From: Rhodobacterales bacterium
GTDB taxonomy: Bacteria > Pseudomonadota > Alphaproteobacteria > Rhodobacterales > Rhodobacteraceae
DNA length: 64,000 nucleotides
Direction: 5' to 3'
NCBI GenBank assembly: GCA_003249215.1
Contig: QKJR01000063.1
Location: forward strand, 6,195-70,194
In this document: positions 57,781 to 64,000 of the stretch, one piece after another
How the letters are laid out: each line of letters opens with the position of its first letter
Position numbering within the stretch: position 1 is the stretch's first letter
The notes under the pieces: generated by a model
Database searches by the model: none
What the model was told of the DNA's origin: nothing
What the model saw: the letters and a program-made list of their open reading frames with translations, nothing else
Program-made: the position numbers and the translations under genes

Positions 57781-59004
57781 ATGCTTTATGCAGCCTACCA
57801 GTCTCTTGATGATATTTTCGCCCCTTTGCGAACGGCGGCGCTGACCTCGCTCAACTTCTCGCCGCGGGTGACGGGTGGGGGGGCGGGGCCTTTCGGGGGG
57901 CTCTGGCGCAGTCACGCGGCGCTGATGGAGATGGTCTCGCGCTTCCGGCTGACGCATGAGCGCCCGGCCTTTGGGATCGGCACTGTGCAGGTCGAGAATC
58001 GCGAGGTTCCGGTGACCGAGGAGATCGTGCTCGATCTGCCCTATGCGCGGCTGGTGCGCTTCAAGCGCGACATCGACACCGAACAGCCGCGGGTGCTGGT
58101 GACGGCGCCGCTCTCGGGGCATTTCGCGACGCTGCTCGCGGGCACGGTCAAGACGCTGCTCCGCGACCACGACGTCTATATCACCGACTGGAAGAACGCC
58201 CGCGATGTGCCGCGCTCGGCGGGGCCCTTCGGGGTCGAGGATTACGTGGAATATGTGATCCGTTTCATGGAGGCGATCGGGCCGGGCGGGCATGTTCTGG
58301 CGGTGTGCCAGCCCTGTGTGCAGACGCTCGCCGCGGTGGCGGTGATGTCGGAGGACAAGAACCCCGCGACGCCGCGCACGATGACGCTGATGGCCGGGCC
58401 GGTCGATGTGCGCGAGAGCCCGACGGCGGTGAACGATCTTGCCAACGAAAAGCCGCTCGACTGGTTCGAGAAAAACGTGATCGCGACGGTGCCCGGGCGT
58501 TATGCCGGTGGCGGGCGCAAGGTCTATCCGGGCTTCGTGCAGCTCTTTTCCTTCATGGCGATGAACATGGATCGCCACCGTGCGCAGCACGAGAAGCTCT
58601 ACAACCATCTCGCCGCGGGCGAGCTCGAGCAGGCCGGCCGGATCAAGCATTTCTACGACGAATATTTCGCGGTGCTGGATCTGACGGCGGAATTCTATCT
58701 CGAGACGATCGACCGGGTGTTCCAGAAGGCCGATCTGGCGCGGGGCGAGTTCGAATATCGCGGGCGCAAGGTCGATCCCTCGAAGATCCGGCACACCGCG
58801 CTGCTGACGGTCGAGGGTGGGCGCGACGATATCTGCGGGCTCGGACAGACCACGGCCGCGCATGATCTGTGCTCGTCGCTGCGCCCGCATCTCAAGCGCC
58901 ACCACTTGCAGGCCAATGTCGGCCATTACGGGGTGTTCAACGGCTCGAAATGGGAGCGCGAGATCTATCCGGTGGTGCGCAACATGATCCTGGCGATGGA
59001 ATGA
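57781..59004 (+). CDS. phaZ: Intracellular polyhydroxyalkanoate depolymerase (PhaZ)
   Basis: APLSGHFATLL, YITDW, AVCQP (Cys nucleophile), VEG..DDI, GHYGVF.G. Confidence 0.92.
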   Translation: MLYAAYQSLDDIFAPLRTAALTSLNFSPRVTGGGAGPFGGLWRSHAALMEMVSRFRLTHERPAFGIGTVQVENREVPVTEEIVLDLPYARLVRFKRDIDTEQPRVLVTAPLSGHFATLLAGTVKTLLRDHDVYITDWKNARDVPRSAGPFGVEDYVEYVIRFMEAIGPGGHVLAVCQPCVQTLAAVAVMSEDKNPATPRTMTLMAGPVDVRESPTAVNDLANEKPLDWFEKNVIATVPGRYAGGGRKVYPGFVQLFSFMAMNMDRHRAQHEKLYNHLAAGELEQAGRIKHFYDEYFAVLDLTAEFYLETIDRVFQKADLARGEFEYRGRKVDPSKIRHTALLTVEGGRDDICGLGQTTAAHDLCSSLRPHLKRHHLQANVGHYGVFNGSKWEREIYPVVRNMILAME

Positions 59005-59006
59005 AC

Positions 59007-59038
59007 GAAAACGCCGGACCCGAGGGCCCGGCATTTTC
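59007..59038. terminator. Probable bidirectional terminator
   Basis: gaaaacgccgg...ccggcattttc imperfect stem between convergent phaZ and the NYN gene. Confidence 0.55.
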
Positions 59039-59061
59039 ATGTCTGAGACAGGGCACGGGGC

Positions 59062-59622
59062 TCAGGCCTCGGCGTTTTCCGGCTCGCGCGGTTCGCGCGG
59101 CGGGCGGCCGATCACGTCGCGCAGCGCGTCGAGCTCGATGAAATTGTCGGCCTGACGGCGCAACTCGTCGGCGATCATCGGCGGCTGGCTGCGGATCGTC
59201 GAGACGACCGAGACGCGCACGCCCATCCGTTGCAGCGCCTCGACGAGCGGACGGAAATCGCCGTCGCCCGAGAACAGCACCGCATGATCAAGCCGCGGCG
59301 CGAGTTCCATCGCATTCACCGCAAGCTCGATGTCCATGTTGCCCTTGACCTTCCGCCGGCCCATCGAGTCGGTGTATTCCTTGGCCGGCTTGGTCACCAT
59401 CGCGTAACCGTTGTAATGCAGCCAGTCGACGAGCGGGCGGATCGGGGAATATTCCTCGTTTTCAAGCAGGGCGGTGTAATAGAAGGCCCGCACCAGTTTG
59501 CCGCGCCGCTCGAATTCCTGTCGAAGCAGCTTGTAGTCGATATCGAACCCGAGCGACTTCGCGGCCGCGTAGAGGTTCGAACCGTCGATGAACAGCGCAA
59601 GCCGTTCGTCTTTGTAAAACAT
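59062..59622 (-). CDS. NYN-domain (LabA/DUF88) protein
   Basis: FIDGSNL, KGNMDIEL, SGDGDF, LRRQAD. Confidence 0.92.
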   Translation of the reverse strand: MFYKDERLALFIDGSNLYAAAKSLGFDIDYKLLRQEFERRGKLVRAFYYTALLENEEYSPIRPLVDWLHYNGYAMVTKPAKEYTDSMGRRKVKGNMDIELAVNAMELAPRLDHAVLFSGDGDFRPLVEALQRMGVRVSVVSTIRSQPPMIADELRRQADNFIELDALRDVIGRPPREPREPENAEA

Positions 59623-59769
59623 CAAAACGTCCTTTCCGGGAGCCCGGCGCCGGGAGCCATCTACGACACGGAGTGGGTTGACGCAGAGACGGCTATGCCC
59701 AATACGCCGACGGGCCGCATTTCTGTCGCTTGGCATAGCAACCGTACACGCGTGAGGGTATCTGTCTTT

Positions 59770-60354
59770 ATGTGCAATACCGCATTCCTGATCGCCTTAG
59801 GCGCGAATCTGCCGTCTGCGGCCGGCGGTCCGGCCGAGACGCTCCTGTCTGCGCTTCGGGTCCTGCCGGAAGAAGGCATACAGCCCAGGGTTGTGTCAAG
59901 GTTCTACGGGTCCCCGGCCTTCCCGCCCGGGAACGGCCCCGATTACGTCAATGCCTGCGCGGTCGTGACCGCGGATATGACCGCGCTCGAGATGCTCGCG
60001 GCGCTGCACCGGGTCGAGGCGCGGCTGGGCCGGGCCCGCAAGGAGCGCTGGGCCGCGCGGGTGATCGACCTCGATCTGATCGCCGCCGGTGCGCAGATCC
60101 TGCCCGATGCCGAGACCCATGCCGCTTGGCGCGCGTTGCCGCTTGAGGAGCAGATGCGCCTTGCCCCCGAGGCCGCGATCGTGCCTCATCCGCGGATGCA
60201 CGAACGGGCTTTCGTGCTGATTCCCCTCGCCGAGATCGCGCCCGGCTGGCGTCATCCGGTGCTGGGCCGGACGGTCGCCGAGCTAGCCGAGGCGCTGCCC
60301 GAGGCCGAAAAAGCGGCCCTGGTGCCCTTTGCCGCGCCCTTTGGCGGGGATTGA
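59770..60354 (+). CDS. folK: 2-amino-4-hydroxy-6-hydroxymethyldihydropteridine diphosphokinase
   Basis: IALGANL, PDYVNA, RWAARVIDLDL, PHPRMHERAFVL.PL. Confidence 0.94.
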   Translation: MCNTAFLIALGANLPSAAGGPAETLLSALRVLPEEGIQPRVVSRFYGSPAFPPGNGPDYVNACAVVTADMTALEMLAALHRVEARLGRARKERWAARVIDLDLIAAGAQILPDAETHAAWRALPLEEQMRLAPEAAIVPHPRMHERAFVLIPLAEIAPGWRHPVLGRTVAELAEALPEAEKAALVPFAAPFGGD

Positions 60355-60358
60355 GCGC

Positions 60359-60387
60359 TTGTCAAGGCCTGCCTTTGCCCCTAAATA
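60359..60387 (+). promoter_or_regulatory. sigma70-like promoter of rpoZ-spoT
   Basis: TTGTCA-N17-TAAATA upstream of a GGAG RBS. Confidence 0.5.
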
Positions 60388-60425
60388 GGCGCTTCACACC
60401 TCCCAAGTCCTGATTGGAGTTGCCG

Positions 60426-60779
60426 ATGGCCCGCGTGACGGTCGAAGATTGCGTTGACAAGGTTCCGAACCGCTTCGAGCTGGTGATGCTTGCTGCCCAC
60501 CGCGCGCGCGAAGTCGCGGCCGGGGCGCCGATCACCATCGAGCGTGACAACGACAAGAACCCTGTCGTCGCCCTGCGCGAAATCGCCGAGGAAACCCAGT
60601 CGGCCGACGATCTGCGCGAGCGTCTGATCGAGAGCAACCAGACCCAGATCGAGGTCGACGAGCCGGAAGACGACGCGATGTCGATGCTGATGTCGGGCGA
60701 GATCGACCGTCCGAAAGAAGACGACATGAGCGAGGAGCGGATGCTGCGCGCGCTCATGGATGCTCAGGGCCGCGAGTAA
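60426..60779 (+). CDS. rpoZ: RNA polymerase omega subunit
   Basis: [26 protein letters not shown]. Confidence 0.97.
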   Translation: MARVTVEDCVDKVPNRFELVMLAAHRAREVAAGAPITIERDNDKNPVVALREIAEETQSADDLRERLIESNQTQIEVDEPEDDAMSMLMSGEIDRPKEDDMSEERMLRALMDAQGRE

Positions 60780-60803
60780 TCTGCAGGGGGCGGACGGGCG
60801 CGC

Positions 60804-62921
60804 ATGATCGACGTCGAAGACCTGATCGCCCTCGTCCGCAATTACAATCCGCGCACCAATGCCGATCTGATCCGGCGGGCCTATGCCTATGGGCTCAAGA
60901 TGCACGAGGGGCAGTTCCGGCATTCGGGCGAGCCCTATTTCACCCATCCCGTCGCCGTCGCCGCAATCCTGACCGAGATGCGGCTCGACGATGCGACGAT
61001 CGTGACCGCCCTTCTGCACGACACGATCGAGGACACCCGTTCGACCTATACCGAGGTCTCCGAGCTCTTCTCGCCCGAGATCGCCGAGCTTGTCGACGGG
61101 GTGACCAAGCTCACCAACCTGCAGCTTTCGTCCAGCGCCACCAAACAGGCGGAAAACTTCCGCAAGCTGTTCATGGCGATGTCGAAGGATCTGCGGGTGA
61201 TCCTCGTCAAACTCGCCGACCGGCTGCACAACATGCGCACGATCAAGTCGATGCGCCCGGAAAAGCAGGCGCAGAAGGCGCGCGAGACGATGGAGATCTT
61301 CGCGCCGCTGGCTGGCCGGATGGGCATGCAATGGATGCGCGAGGAGCTTGAGGACCTTGCCTTCAAGGTGCTGAACCCCGAGGCGCGGATCTCGATCATC
61401 CGCCGCTTCGTCAGCCTGCAGAAGGAATCGGGCGAGGTGATCCCGAAGATCACCGGCGATATCCGCGCCCTTCTGGAAGAGGCACAGATCGACGCCGATG
61501 TGTTCGGGCGCGCCAAGCGCCCCTATTCGATCTGGCGCAAGATGGAGGAGAAACAGCTCTCCTTCTCGCGGCTTTCGGATATCTACGGCTTTCGGGTGAT
61601 CACCCGGACGGAAATGGATTGCTACCGCGTGCTGGGCCTGATCCATCACCGCTGGCGCTCGGTGCCGGGGCGGTTCAAGGATTACATCAGCCAGCCGAAA
61701 TCGAACGGCTACCGCTCGATCCACACCACCGTTTCGGGGCGTGACGGCAAGCGCGTCGAGGTGCAGATCCGCACCCGGCAGATGCATGAAGTGGCCGAGG
61801 CGGGCGTGGCCGCGCATTGGGCCTACCGCGATGGCGAGCAGACCGAGAACCCCTTTGCCGTGGATCCGACGCGCTGGCTCACCTCGCTGACCGAGCGGTT
61901 TGCCGAGGGCGATCACGAGGATTTCCTCGAGGCGGTCAAGCTCGAGATGTATTCCGACAAGGTCTTTTGCTTCACGCCAAAGGGCGACGTCATCAAGCTG
62001 CCCAAGGGCGCGACGCCGATCGACTATGCCTATGCGATCCACACGCGGATCGGCAACAGCTGCGTCGGTGCCAAGGTCGACGGCATTCGCGTGCCGCTCT
62101 GGACCCGGCTCAAGAACGGCCAGTCGGTCGAGATCATCACTGCCGCGGGGCAGCGCCCGCAGGCGACCTGGCTCGACATCGTCGAGACCGGCCGCGCCAA
62201 GGCCGCGATTCGCAAGAGCTTGCGCGAAGAGGACCGCACCCGCTTCGTCAAACTCGGCACGGAACTCGCGCGCGTGGCGTTTGAGCATGTCGGGCGGCGC
62301 GTCTCCGACAAGGCCCTGCGCACCGCAGCCAAGGCGATGGGCCTGCCCGACGAGATCGAACTCCTGTCGCGTCTCGGCTCGGCCGAGATCGCGGCGCGCG
62401 AGGTGATCGGCGCGCTCTATCCCGAACTTGCCGCGCAGGGCGCCGAGACGGTCGAGCCCACCCGTGCGGTGATCGGGCTCGAGGCGGATCAGAGCTTCCA
62501 CCGCGCCGATTGCTGTCAGCCGCTGCCCGGCGAGCGGATCGTCGGTATCACCTATCGCGGGCAGGGTGTGGTGATCCATGCGATCGACTGCCCCGCGCTC
62601 GAGGAATTCGAGGAACAGCCCGAACGCTGGGTCGATCTGCACTGGTCGAGCGGCCAGCATCCGCCGGTCTATACCGCCTCGCTGATGCTCACGATCTCGA
62701 ATGACGCGGGCGTTCTGGGCCATATCTGCACCCTGATCGGCAGCCAGAAGGCGAATATTTCCGACCTGCATTTCCGTGACCGGAAACCGGACTTTTACTC
62801 GCTTGTCATAGAGGTCGAGTTACGGGACGTGGAACATCTGCACACCCTTCTGACCGCGCTCGAGGCGGAAACGGATGTGGCGCAGGTCGAACGGCTGCGG
62901 GATCTGGCCCGCAAACCCTGA
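60804..62921 (+). CDS. spoT: Bifunctional (p)ppGpp synthetase/hydrolase RelA/SpoT
   Basis: HD domain (LLHDTIED), KLADRLHNMRT, synthetase (NGYRSIHT, EVQIRT), TGS and ACT domains. Confidence 0.97.
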   Translation: MIDVEDLIALVRNYNPRTNADLIRRAYAYGLKMHEGQFRHSGEPYFTHPVAVAAILTEMRLDDATIVTALLHDTIEDTRSTYTEVSELFSPEIAELVDGVTKLTNLQLSSSATKQAENFRKLFMAMSKDLRVILVKLADRLHNMRTIKSMRPEKQAQKARETMEIFAPLAGRMGMQWMREELEDLAFKVLNPEARISIIRRFVSLQKESGEVIPKITGDIRALLEEAQIDADVFGRAKRPYSIWRKMEEKQLSFSRLSDIYGFRVITRTEMDCYRVLGLIHHRWRSVPGRFKDYISQPKSNGYRSIHTTVSGRDGKRVEVQIRTRQMHEVAEAGVAAHWAYRDGEQTENPFAVDPTRWLTSLTERFAEGDHEDFLEAVKLEMYSDKVFCFTPKGDVIKLPKGATPIDYAYAIHTRIGNSCVGAKVDGIRVPLWTRLKNGQSVEIITAAGQRPQATWLDIVETGRAKAAIRKSLREEDRTRFVKLGTELARVAFEHVGRRVSDKALRTAAKAMGLPDEIELLSRLGSAEIAAREVIGALYPELAAQGAETVEPTRAVIGLEADQSFHRADCCQPLPGERIVGITYRGQGVVIHAIDCPALEEFEEQPERWVDLHWSSGQHPPVYTASLMLTISNDAGVLGHICTLIGSQKANISDLHFRDRKPDFYSLVIEVELRDVEHLHTLLTALEAETDVAQVERLRDLARKP

Positions 62922-62966
62922 ACCCGCGCCGCGGCGCAAGGATAAAGGCGCGAAAGGGACGGCCCG

Positions 62967-63662
62967 GTGGTCTTCAAGCGGCGCGAGAAACGACCCCTCT
63001 GGATCGCCCTGCGCGAGGCCTTCTGGCCGCGGGGCGGCTGGGCGCGGGCGCTGCAATATATCAAGCACCGGGTGAACCGCCTGCCCGATCCGCCGCACCG
63101 GATCGCACGCGGGATCTTCGCCGGCATCTTCATCTCCTTCACGCCGTTCTTCGGCCTGCATCTGGGGGCGGCCGCGGGGCTCGCCTGGCTTCTGGGCGGG
63201 AATATCATCGCCTCGCTGATCGGCACGCTGGTCGGCAACCCGCTGACCTTCCCAATCATCGCCCTCGTCGCGCTCAAGCTTGGCCATCTGATCCTCGGCG
63301 ATGAGTTCGGGCGCCACCACATCGGCGGTCTGGCCGAGGCTTTCATGGCCGCGGGGGCCGATCTGCATCACAACGTGATCGCGATTTTCACCGCCGAGCA
63401 CACCGAATGGTCCGGGCTCGCGCGGTTTTTCGAGGATGTCTGGCTGCCCTATCTGGTGGGGGGGCTGGTGCCCGGGATCGCCGCGGGGCTGGTGGGCTAT
63501 TACGTCACCCTGCCGCTCGTCACCGCCTATCAGAACCGCCGCCGCCACCGGCTCAAGGCCCGGCTCGAGAAGATCCGCGCCAAGATCGCCTCGAAGCGCG
63601 AGGAGCGGGCCGAGAAGCGCGACGAGCGCCGCACCCAGCCGCATCCGCCCGCCGATGACTGA
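62967..63662 (+). CDS. DUF2062-like membrane protein
   Basis: MVFKRR, WPRGGW, RLPD.PH.IA.G, GNPLT. Typical spoT-pdxJ neighbour. Confidence 0.8.
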   Translation: MVFKRREKRPLWIALREAFWPRGGWARALQYIKHRVNRLPDPPHRIARGIFAGIFISFTPFFGLHLGAAAGLAWLLGGNIIASLIGTLVGNPLTFPIIALVALKLGHLILGDEFGRHHIGGLAEAFMAAGADLHHNVIAIFTAEHTEWSGLARFFEDVWLPYLVGGLVPGIAAGLVGYYVTLPLVTAYQNRRRHRLKARLEKIRAKIASKREERAEKRDERRTQPHPPADD

Positions 63663-63719
63663 GCCTTTCCCTTGGCCCGCCCCTCGGGCATAGTCCGCGC
63701 GAACCGACCGGAGGACATC

Positions 63720-64000
63720 ATGACCAAAGCCTTGCGTCTGGGCGTCAACATCGACCACGTCGCCACCCTGCGCAATGCGCGCGGCTCGGCCTATCCCGAT
63801 CCGCTGCGTGCCGCGCTTCTGGCGCAGGCCGCGGGTGCCGACGGCATCACCGCCCACCTGCGCGAGGATCGCCGCCATATCCGCGATGCCGACATGGCCG
63901 CCCTGCGCGAGGGGATCGCGATTCCGCTGAACTTCGAGATGGCGGCGACCGAGGAGATGCAACGCATCGCGCTCGCCACCCGCCCGCATGCGGTCTGCCT
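63720..64000 (+). CDS. pdxJ: Pyridoxine 5'-phosphate synthase (partial, cut by window end)
   Basis: Manual translation: [26 protein letters not shown]...[15 protein letters not shown]...LNFEMA. Confidence 0.96.
   Translation, partial: MTKALRLGVNIDHVATLRNARGSAYPDPLRAALLAQAAGADGITAHLREDRRHIRDADMAALREGIAIPLNFEMAATEEMQRIALATRPHAVC

Overview
High-GC core-chromosome segment of a Rhodobacteraceae alphaproteobacterium (Rhodobacter-like; inferred from gene content and order). It has about 62 CDS and no rRNA, tRNA, CRISPR array, transposase or prophage that I can see. In order: late cobalamin genes (cobU/P, bluFED-cobC-like, cobA); azoreductase and LysR; opgGIHC periplasmic glucan operon; NhaD antiporter; a class-III aminotransferase plus glutamine-synthetase-like pair; dapA/slt; split MnmC; uvrC-(KamA/EpmB-like)-pgsA-moaDE; the NAD-dependent Mo-formate dehydrogenase fdsR-GBACD; fadH; map; rsmD; smc; cidA/lrgB; rnhA; ispH; GST/phaZ; and folK-rpoZ-spoT-pdxJ. 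The most notable non-coding signals are: (1) an AT-rich intergenic region upstream of uvrC with DnaA boxes, IHF consensus sites and GANTC sites, which is the likely chromosomal replication origin; (2) three copies of a ~60-bp REP-like element, each just downstream of a stop codon, whose internal hairpin changes sequence but keeps its pairing; (3) a 36-bp near-perfect palindrome over the promoter and RBS of the aminotransferase/GS-like operon. I also found a 55-aa membrane-anchored Cys4 protein that the ORF track missed. Product calls come from recognising motifs by eye; no database searches were run.
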